From positions 4,857,489-4,921,488 of the forward strand of contig OZ199838.1 of the NCBI GenBank assembly GCA_964304625.1: 64,000 nt of DNA, written 5' to 3'. This DNA comes from Kudoa neothunni (Eukaryota; Animalia; Cnidaria). The first letter of the stretch is position 1. Every line of letters starts with the position of its first letter. This document shows positions 1 to 10,884 of this stretch, in pieces. Below the pieces are notes generated by a model. It was not told the DNA's origin, did no database searches, and saw only the letters and a list, made by a program, of their open reading frames with translations. A program made the translations under genes and the position numbers.

Positions 1-314
1 ATTAAGTGAAACTTTTGGTGATTCGACCCATATAAGGCAAGACTTTCATATATACGGAGGGCTTATAAGCCAAAAATAAATAATCAAGGTAGAAAATCAA
101 TCAATATTATTTTTGCTTAAATCAAAAACAAGGGAAATCACGACCATTAATGTGACAAGATTGGAATTAAAACCATTCCGATTCAATTGGAGGGTAAAGA
201 CCATATTAAATGCTAATATTTATTTTTATATAATTAGTCGTTGCTTTTAGTCTTATTATATTCATTGTCACTTAACAATAAACGATATCAATAATTGTGG
301 TATTAATTTCATAG

Positions 315-622
315 TGCGCCATATTGTCCAATCATCTGACCATTATCGATGTCACATCAATGCTCGGTATTTTCCACGTCCTACCGGAGCAGTTCATCAA
401 ACGCTCAAAAATTTCGATTCCCTGCCAAACTTTTTCCACGTCCGTTCCCATTGGTCGGGAGCACTTGATTACAATGTTTTACACTCTTTCTATGTTGGAT
501 GCAACTGCAGTTATAATTCGGTCCAGTGAGAGGGGTCAAATTAAATATTCGGATCTTCGGGAAAGTATTAAATAATAAAATATTTATTAAAAGCTACCAT
601 AAAGAGCCACCGCTCTTTATGA
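315..622 (+). CDS. 3' part of an unidentified spliced gene or gene relic
   Basis: Acceptor tttcatag at 314, then an open exon CAILSNHL...YSDLRE, a candidate 29-nt GT-AG intron (565-593) and TIKSHRSL-TGA. Upstream exons (1-193) do not join cleanly and no motif is recognised. Confidence 0.3.
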
Positions 623-854
623 TTGAACTGGCTGGGTCATAACCACGAAATAAGGATGACCAATTGGTTGAATACCCAAATTACCATCATCTCCGTAGAA
701 TTGAGCAAGGATTTTCGTGCGGCTCAATGCGATGACTATAACGCCGACTTATCGAATTGGACTGACCAAACAGAATTCCAAAAACACAAAAAATTGTATT
801 AGATATTTTACTCTGCAAACACAAAAAAGCTAGTGCGAAATAAATTAATGTTAT

Positions 855-3750
855 TTAATCTAATGGGTTTGTGATTTGGAAAAGTCCAAATTTATCAGTA
901 TAGTATTTCCATGTTTTTTTGTTGTTGACCAAATTATTGACAATTTCAACAGCCTCGCCAATCTAACGTAACCATGAAAAAAGCTTCGCACAAAATCACA
1001 TACAGATGTTCTTATTTGCGTAGTGGAATCTCTTTCACGTACGGTCACAGTAGCTTTTTCGAGGTTGGTTTCTTTAAGAGTATCAAAATCTATAGTGAAA
1101 ATAAATGGGATTCCAATTTCATCAGTTCTAGCATATCGACGTCCAATCGATCCACTATAGTCATCCTTCTTATAAGATAGACCACACTCGTTACAGCGAT
1201 CGACTATAACTCAAAATTAACGAAAAAAATTGAATAATCAATTCACTTATTTCATTAATGTATGGAATGAAATGGTTCTTTTTGCTTATAGGAAGTATAG
1301 CGCATTTGATTGGGGCAACTATACTGGGTATGGCCAGATACTACATTGAATGTTTGCTGGAATAAAATCTAAGTGACCGGCTAAAACACAACCTGTCTAG
1401 ACGGATCGTCCGATCTAGTTCTGAACACATGCTCGAGAAGTGAGTACATAATTCTTCCAAGTCCAAACGAAGGTTCGATCACATGAGGTTCAATATCAAT
1501 AACTAAATCATATTCGAATTGTTAGAACGTTTGAGTTGGTACCCACAAATCTACCATAAACATCGTTGATCTTTTGTTCTACTTTTAACACCATCTCTTT
1601 AGTGATAGTATATTCTTTGTCGTTTACAGTGGCAACGAAACAACTAGTTAGACAATTTTGATCATTACTATAAACAGATTCATAAATATTAATACCCCAT
1701 ATCGCAAAGTTGTTTCTCATAAGCCATTACTTGCTGCTTGTCGAGTTTTTCGATAAAGATTGAAATATCGTTGGAATCCTTTTTGAAAGTCTTACCGACG
1801 AGTTTTTTGTCCAAAATAAAACGATATATTTCAACTTTTATCTAAAAAAATAATTTTATATGTGGTTAACAAAACACACAATCTATACCGGTTTATCGAG
1901 GTCTTGTTGAGCTACCAACTTCTCGTTAGTGTGTAATGTGTGTTGTTTTAAATCATAACAGCTTCTATCGGCACATCCAACACATTCAATCCAACCCTAA
2001 TAATAAAAAAATTGAATTAATACCAAATACAAAGTTTTATCTATTAAAGTTATACATAGGATGTTTTAATTTCAGCATCCCAACACTCACATGCATAATG
2101 CGCCATTTCATTTGGAAGATGCTGACGGAATCTTAGTAGGTCAGGATTCACACCAACAGCCAACAAAAACATGCTGATTCTCCCAATAAAATATGCCACT
2201 GTGGTGTTGGAAATAACTTTTGAATCAACAGCCTCTTTCAGAGTCATTTGTTTAGGACTAGAGCCTGACAGTTGCATTGTCGTAGCATACAACTTAACAA
2301 TAACATCCTGCACCTGACCAAACCTAGGATGAGACTTGTCATTAGGATTGACAAAATGTTCAATTTCAGCCATTGTAAACTCTCTAAGAGCACACATAAA
2401 TATTTTTTAATTAAAAGTTCGACAAAATAACCAACCTAACACGAAGCAATCCTGATCTAGGTGAAATCTCATTTCTGAATCCGCATCCCACTTGAGCAGC
2501 TGCAAACGGTAGTTTACCATTGTTGAATTCCAACAGACGTTTAAAATTGACAAATATTCCTTGTGCTGTCTCAGGTCTTAAGAATCTATAAATCAGTTGA
2601 ATAAATTTTAGCAAAATCCACATAATTAACCCTTTTAGTGCCCCTGTAGGACCAATGGATGTTGAAAACATTAAATTGAACTCGGCGGCTTTAGTAAGTT
2701 TATTATTTAGGTTGGAATTAATAGAGTATTTTTCAATAATTTCGTCTAATTTTTCTGCGCCGTAATTATCCAACTATACCGATCAGTTCATCGTTCGATC
2801 AGTTAAAACTAATAACTAAATTACTTCTCGCAGAATAACTTCACATTCAGATTTGGTGGCTTCGTTTGTTTTCTTGTTTGATAACAACTTTTCGATGTGT
2901 GCTACAGATGATAATTAGACAACAAGAACATTAAAGTAAATTCACTGGGATTCAAACAAGTGAACACTACCTTTAATAAGATGGTCAGCTCTATAACAGT
3001 CTCCAGTTACTGTATCCTTAACCATTAAATCTACGAATTTTTTCACATGACCAGATGCTCTTAAATTAATATTAATATCTTTATTTAAAATTTGTTTTTG
3101 TTTTACTCGAGAACATGATATGGGGTCAATTGAGAACAATGCACTTCAAGCATTTGATCGTGGATAATAAAATGCTTTTTCCAAAGACTAATAACGTTCG
3201 ATTCTAGAGCTGCACCCATGGGTCCGTAATCATATAGTCCGGAAACACCTAACGACATTTCCAAACGAAAAATCCAATATGTTTATTACCTCCATAGATT
3301 TCAAATGATGGTGCATAAAAAAATCTTCTTTTTAAAAGATCCTCAACCTTTGAACGATCTAACACCGGTTCCGATGGATTTGATTGTTTTTTCCTAATTA
3401 ACAACATGTAAATGGAGTTAAATAAGCCATTCCATTAGAAAATAGAAACCATTTGATTTAATTTGCTTTTGCGTAAATTGAGTTCCCTTACAGCACACAA
3501 AATATCCATATCAGTTGCATTATTTTCCTTTAGTTTACGTACGAAATCACCCTACAATCGAATGATTCTACTTCTATTAAATACTGTTTACTTGTTCTTT
3601 TATGGCTAACTTTAAAACTTCTAATTCTCCAGTTGAAGACATTTTTCTTATGCTCAATGTATATTTTGATTTGATCCCGTTAGCGAAAAATGTGCCAAGT
3701 TTAATGAAACTATACAACGGAATCTGGACACTGCGCAATAACAGTGACAT
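855..3750 (-). CDS. GARS1: Glycine--tRNA ligase (class II, alpha2 type) with N-terminal WHEP domain; multi-exon
   Basis: Spliced translation gives WHEP ([14 protein letters not shown]), [63 protein letters not shown] and [13 protein letters not shown]. Introns checked are GT-AG. Stop at 855-857; in-frame ATGs at 3750 and 3642. Confidence 0.97.
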
Positions 3751-4766
3751 ATGCACGTGCTATCGACGTTCGTTGTTTTTTGATTGGTCTTCTTCCGCAT
3801 ATAAAGAATCAAGTTTTAGAGTTTTATGTAATTCATAGACTAAAAAATATCGTATTAAATATTTTTTCAATACGAAAATATTTTATTGCCGTAAAGCTCC
3901 AAATCATTTGTCTTATTAGGAGAATGAATTTTATTGCCTTATTTACAATGATGATAAGACCAAATTTTTTAAATTGATGCCTTTTGGCAATAATGTAGAT
4001 TTTTTTCAGGATAAATGTGGCAGAAGCTATTGGCATGATAAATTTTAGTCCTAAACGGTATGTATGTTTGCCTTATGGAAATTTTAATCCCAGAAACTAT
4101 TACTCACAATCTGTATACAATTTTAATTTTCTAGAATCTGCTATATTAAATTATTTTAGTTCTACTGCTTCGCTCTTAGGCGCCACAAACAATTATAGTC
4201 CAAATTAGAGACACCTGAATATTATTTGCCGTGCCAATAAGCCACCTTGCAAAAGCACTTTGGTATAGTCCTGTATCACCTTAGTATGCAATCATGGGCT
4301 AGCAGCTATTAGTATTTTCTACTATCTCATTCACTATTCATTTGTCTGGACATTTTATTGATTTCAATCTTTTGTTTTTATATTAGAATATTTTTGTACG
4401 TGGTGAAAAACTCAATCACAAATACGGGTCTAAGGAGTTAGGACAATGGTTCTTAACCTTTTTTCTCAGCTGACCCCCAATTTGTTTAAGGACTTATCAC
4501 GGACCCTATCTTGTTTTAATGCATAATCCAATCATACATATAAATATTTTACACTTACGTTCCCATTGTTCACTTCAGTGAATAGATCAAAAAAGATTTA
4601 AGATTATTGTTAAATTATTTATTTAAACAAGAATAAATTTAAAATTGTATATAATTTTAATATTAGTTTGATTTAAAAAGTTCTTTATGAAAAAGGAAAA
4701 TTTGGGAACGAAAATAAAAACTTGAATTACACATCTATTACCTCCGATTTCGGCTGACCTTGCATA

Positions 4767-5821
4767 TAGGGGCCCCTAATCCCATATGTGCTGCGCTTGG
4801 TCACTTCTATTAAAAATGATTCCTCCTGTGAAGAAATTGCAAAATATTTTCTATTCTGAAGATGCTGCAATAAAATTCCTATTCGAAAAAGGGATCATAA
4901 ACAAGCCAAGCCGTTGCGTTTACTACGGAAGCAATGGTTTCTCTATAGATCGCAAACAATGGCGTTGTACAAAAAAAGATTGTAGGAAAAAAGTGTCCTT
5001 TTTCAATGGTACTTTCTTTTCTTTGTGCAAGTTGTCAATAAATGAATTGCTTGAATTTTCGTACTATTTGTTGACTGGAGTTAAATCAACACAACTCGGT
5101 TTTATAACTGGACACTCGACAAATACTATTTCAAGATACTCGATGTAATAAAGACAACTAATGGTTGATAATTTAGATTTCGAAGACATCATAATAGGAG
5201 GTCCAGGTATAGTCGTGGAAATCAACGAATCCAAATTCGGAGAAAATAAATACCACCGTGGACATCCTGTTAATGATGCCTGGATCCTTGGTGGAGTTGA
5301 AAGAACCGAAGAGAGAAGGATCCTCCTTACTGAAGTTTCTGACAGACAAGCAGAGACTTTAATCTCTCTTATTAAGACGTATGTCAGAGAAGGCTCAATC
5401 ATTATAACCGATTGCTCCTCGAGCTACCAGAATCTCCACCAACATTATCACCGACTCCGTGACTGGCGCACATACAAACACCATCGAAGGTACATGGAAC
5501 GCCAAAAAATATCGAATTTCTCCAAGAAGCCGAACACCATCCATCAATGATAACAGAGAAATTGTCCAAAGTGTCATAGATGAATTTTTGTTTGAATTCC
5601 AATGGAGGCGCAAAAACAATGCAAACCTATGGAATGGATTTTTGGGATCACTCAAAAACGTTTATTACATACAAAATAATGTGAACCATTTCTATATTTT
5701 ATCATTTAAGATCAAATAAAAGGATACATATCGTTCAATCACTAACGACAAGTGTTGCAAAATGTAATCCGATTTTTGCGCATTAATCAGATTAATATAT
5801 ATGGCGGATTAGGGACCCCTG
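4767..5821 (+). mobile_element. Merlin/IS1595 (ISXO2-like) DNA transposon, inactive
   Basis: TIRs taggggcccctaatcc / ggattagggacccctg. Transposase shows a Cys-rich N-terminus (WRCTKKDC), IGGPGIVVEINESKF, YHRGH, WILGGVER, IITDC and HTNTIEGTW. Inactivated by an in-frame TAA (5146-5148), a frameshift near 5455 and N in place of the usual D in VEIDES. Confidence 0.9.
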
Positions 5822-8275
5822 TACTGCATCAGATCCAAACACCACGTTGTCTCGTTTAGAATAAAAATTATTTCGCTATTTTGTTTTATTACAGGTGAAA
5901 AAATAATTAGGGACATATCTTGAAAGAAAAGCAAATTTATGGGATAAAGAAAATTTAGCTCGAAATAGGGCGAAGGATACTTGAACATTGTCGAGTTGGA
6001 TTAATTTTTGGTGATGCGTTCATTTGGAGTAGCTACTCCTCAGGTTGAGAGTTCTCATAGAAGTGTCTCTCAAGCCACTCAGGATAGTTACGTAATCTTC
6101 GGTTTTATGAATTTCCTGATGCCAATAATGGTCTTAACCCGATGTCAACCCTGCCAGTATTACCCAATACTGACTACAGGGATATCCTGATCAACATAAG
6201 TTTTGAAAAAATCGTGATAGAAAATATTTCAGGTATTACTTATTTCTAAACAAATAATCTATAAATTTGTTTGTTTCTTAAACACGTGTATTTTGAATTT
6301 TCTAAAGTTTTGAGCGGTCTAAACCTCATCTATCAACTTTTGGGATCATCAAGGATAAAATAAGTGAATTTTTAGCGTTTTCGATCCAAATATATATTTT
6401 GAATAGAAGAAGCCGAATACGCATTATTGCTACGATGAATTGTTGCACTAACGAAAAATATTGATTTTTTTATCAAGTTGTAGCTTACCAAAGTTTAATG
6501 TGAGCTCATGATTCATTAGATATGATTTTCGAGCACGAATTGTAAAAATCTTATCCGTAATAAAATGTTTCGCTTTCTGGGGTTGGTCGAAACTCATTGG
6601 ATATTAATTAATTATGTTTAATTTGGACTTCTCTTATATTCCGCGTCCAATCGAATTTTACGATTGAATTGAATGCTCTTGTATTCATTTATGGTAGTCA
6701 TTAGAGCGTAAATAAGCACAGCATGGAAAGTATGAAACCTCTTTCTCCTGTCTTAGTTCAACGGTGTTCGGTGAGTTTGGATTACATAAGATCATTCAAT
6801 AGATACAGGTTTGATGTTGACTTATAATTGTGTGGATGGGTTATTATCTTGTATAAGTTCAAATCGACATTGTAACCAATAGTTATTGATCAGGAATTAA
6901 AAAGTTAGATTCGAATGCATTAATCATTTTGTATGAAGAAGATTATTTGTAAAGGTCGCAGTGAAGAAAATGCGACCCAAGTAATATTCGTCTCTGACTA
7001 TTTTTCGAGTGTATTATGTATTGCTCCGAAAGTGCTGGGTGTTGATTGACTTTGGCATTGTCAGGTAGTGTGAACCTTATTTGTTTTAATGACCTCTACG
7101 TTGGGAAAATTTAATTTCGTTTAAATTCACTAAAAATTCTGTTGCGACAAGCTCAAAGGTAAAACCACAATTATAACTACGGTTGATTAGGCAATGAAAC
7201 GCCGATAACGACTGTTTGGCAACAATTCATCCAATTTGAGCGTTAATATTGTGCTATCTGCTATGACCCATTTCAATTGAATTCTTTCGGATAAATAAAA
7301 AATGAGCACATTTATAAGCGATAATATATCAATTATTACATCATTCTCAGTAATTAATAAAAGTATTATATTCTAAAATTCCTAGAAATTATTACATGTT
7401 CATTTCAGATGGTATTACACCTTTGTAACCGCTTTGCAGCTATTTATTTATCTTTTCATATTCTAATTATTTTCTTTTTCCATGCTATAACTTGTGATAT
7501 CTCAATAATTAGAACATTTTTAATTATGAAAAAAATTCTTGCTGGACATATTTTTAATTGCCGTGGAATTTTTTTTATATTATTTTTCTGTCATTATCAA
7601 AAAATTGTTTTCAATTTTAACATGAGAAATAAAGACTTTAAAGTTTTCCTTTTGCATCTAATAATTCCGTACAAAGTACGTTTGAATTTACTTCCAATGA
7701 TTTGATGAATATCATCTCATTTTCCCGTGGTAGGGTATCTATTAAAATAATTTCTTTGTTAAAAAATGTACTTACTTAAGTTAAGTATGTTGTACAATAA
7801 CATCGCCCGGTGTTAAATATTGCCAAGACAGTCTTAACCTAAATAAGCGCATGGTCATGCGCTAACTCGTTGCGGGGAAAATCGAATTTACGCGTTAAAG
7901 TATGTTAATTTTTTTTTAATTTAATAAATTAAAATTTTTATGTAATTTAAACTTCTTGAATTGCGAATCGAATATCAAACCACGTTAAATAGAAGCCGTA
8001 CAGCGAATTTAAGCCTGTCGTTCAATCCGGGGTGGGTCATATTCTATCAACCAAAATGTTTTAAAACTACAGCCGAAAATTGTATATTATTTAAAAAATA
8101 TTGACAAATAATTAAGAAAATTTTTAATGGACGAAATTTAATGGAATTTTTGGAACACCAACGGTGTTGAGCAGATCGTAGATTTAAATTACGCTCATTT
8201 TTAATGTTTCCATCGACTGAATAACTACATAAAATATGAATGAACAGAAAGTAAGAGTTATTAATTCTTTTAACT

Positions 8276-8600
8276 CAGAGGCTCTCAACCAGAGGTTAAA
8301 CTAGGTGACATCCAAGTTAGATGGATATGGGAAATTTTTGCAAAATGCGATTTGTTATACATTCAAGGATTTCTAATAAGTTATATCAATCAGAGCGATT
8401 AAACTCAATTAAGATGTTGGTTTAAATTCTTAAAAAATTTTTTAGGAATGGCTATTTAACAATTATTTATAAAATTATTACCAGTCTATTATGCCTCGTT
8501 AACCTTTTAGAGATGAAACCTAATAATACATAAATGATTATATAATCTCAAAGTAGATTTGAATTTGAATACCAGGTTAAGGGATTAAATTTTGATTTTT
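8276..8600 (+). mobile_element. hAT-type MITE, diverged copy of the element at 46857-47466
   Basis: Starts cagaggctctcaacc and aligns by eye with 46857-47466 (e.g. ctcaaagtagatttgaatttg vs ctcaaagtaaatatgaatttg). Right end unclear. Confidence 0.65.
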
Positions 8601-10034
8601 CAACCGGCCCAGGGGGTAATTAAAAAAATTAATCTGATTATATTTTGTTCATTCGAACAAATTTTAGAGCTTATCTTTGTTCTTTCGTCAACATTAAACA
8701 TTTTGCGCCACAAAACTCAATCCATATTTTAATTATTAAAATGTTTGACTCTGAGGTGACGAGTGAAGTTAGGCATACGAAGAATTATCTCAGCAGTGCA
8801 CAAATTTTTGGAATCTTGGGCCAAATTTTAATCTTCAAAAACATCCAGGGCCAGAATGTTCAAAACAAAACCTAGATCAAATTTGGATAAATTTACGAAT
8901 TTAAAACAAAGTATTCAAAGTAATTCATAAATAAGAGTTTACTAAATGTTTTAAATTGAATAACGAATGGCAGAAGACAAATAATATTCGTCTCCTATTG
9001 AATAAAAAATGTCTTTCAAGGCGTCACTAAATCTTCTATTCTAATCATCAACTTTTTTCGGGATTTCAGTCATTTTAACTGGGAAATAAAACAAAAAAAG
9101 TTGAATTAAATATGAGATATTCCTTGAGTTAGCAAAATGGTTGTGTGCGCACCATCGACTCTAACGGATGTTTATTCTTTGTGTCAAATCTCATTTTATT
9201 TTACGGTTTGTTTATATTTATTATAGAAACTTTCCCAAAGCTTTGATTTGGACGCACAATATAAATATCTTATTTTTTCGCATTGTTTATAAAACGCATT
9301 TTAATTATTAATCTCATTTTAACTGAACTTGAACTTCGGGTCAACATTATCAAGCGAATTTTTAAATTATAAATCCTCCCAGCATCTGTATAATTTTCTT
9401 CTCCTCCATACACACCAAAGGAGAAATAATTAAAATTAGTACATGAACTCCGACTATAAAAACTTTTTTTCTACATCACATGGTGAAGTGGCTAATAGCA
9501 ATAAGTCTCTTTGCTTATTTAGAGAGTTTATTTTAAATGTTTCGTTCTTAATTGTTCACATATAATAAAAAACTTCAAGAAATTTTTTAATAGCTTCATT
9601 AGGGTTTCTCGATATATTCAATATCTAGATAAACAAATTGAAGTTAAGAAGCTCTATTATATATTTTAAAATAAAGTCTAATCTTTAAGTCTTACATCCG
9701 CTTTTTAACATTTTTTTTCTGTGGTTGTTTTAAGAATAATTTCAGAAAGTTTATGTCAGGTGTAATAAGAAAAAAGAAATCAATATAGCAAGGGTGACCA
9801 AACCGTGGCTTTTGAAAGAATTCTTGAGTTTAATTTCTTTTCAATTCAACCAGAACGTTAATTTAGAGAAGTACAACGTTTAAACTATTTAATCAAGTGA
9901 AGAAGTGACCTCTTTAATCGTAAACCAGATAATATTTTTGATTAGAAAATATAATCACAAACTACCATATAATTTTAATATTTGATGCAAACTAGGATTA
10001 TAACTAGTTCCATTAGGAAATACAGTTAGAACTA

Positions 10035-10330
10035 GTGTTTATCCATTACCAAAGTGATAGAAATAGATATCGAAAGAATAAAACACGCGTTAAAACTTTA
10101 AAGTTGATTCATAATTCCAACTCACTGAGCGAATTTTGGAAATACATTCCAGAAACTAAATATTCGAAATTAAAAGAGAGCTGCCTCAAACATGTTTCTA
10201 TGCTTGGAACAACTTATTGTTGTGAGTTTATTTATTCAACAATGGAGTTTGTAAAATCGAATCATCGCAAATCCTTCACAAACACCTGACAGAACTAATT
10301 CGCGCAGCGTTAATTGTATACGAACCGGAT
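10035..10330 (+). pseudogene. hAT (Charlie/Buster, GTF2IRD2/EPM2AIP1-like) transposase C-terminal dimerisation-domain relic
   Basis: EFWKYIPETKYSKLK...SMLGTTYCCEFIYSTMEFVKSNHRKSFT matches the hATC pattern FW..Y..L...S.FGSTY.CE..FS.M...KS..R. Confidence 0.8.
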
Positions 10331-10884
10331 TGCAGTCAGTTCACTGATATATGGAAACATAGAAAACTTGTTACAATCGAAAAAATTTCTTGTGTTATTA
10401 CTTTATTAGTAAATATTTAATTTTTGTCAGACATTAATACATGATTAAACATGAAAAATACTTTATTAATTTTGCGACCCTTTTCATCGAGAAAAAGTGT
10501 CTTGGATCATTAACTATTAATTTACTTTTTTGGGAAAACCATAATAAATTATAACTGTAAAAATTATACGTAAGTTTTCCAGCGATTAACTAGTTAAGAA
10601 AAATTTAATAAACCTTTATTTATAATTCTACAGCATTTTATCTTAATATTTAACAAAAATATTCTAAAAATGTAAGTTTTAAATAATGAAGAGGTACATA
10701 AATGATTGTAATGCCTTATAGCTCTTGAAAGTTTTGGTAACCTTAAAGTTGGCTCCCGATCTGAACATGTCTGGCCACTCCTGCAACATAGCATTCGCAA
10801 ACAAAGGAGAATGATAGTAGGATGCACCACGTCGTGCGCACGCAATCAACTTATATCACAGTCGTTTCTGTGTATGGAATCACT

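Noticed and set aside
598-802. Perfect hairpin cataaagagc-cacc-gctctttatg ending at a TGA that is followed by ~59 open codons; considered as a selenocysteine/readthrough signal, histone stem-loop or ncRNA
   Set aside because: It does not match the histone stem-loop consensus, I saw no convincing SECIS core or selenoprotein motif, and the gene model itself is weak.
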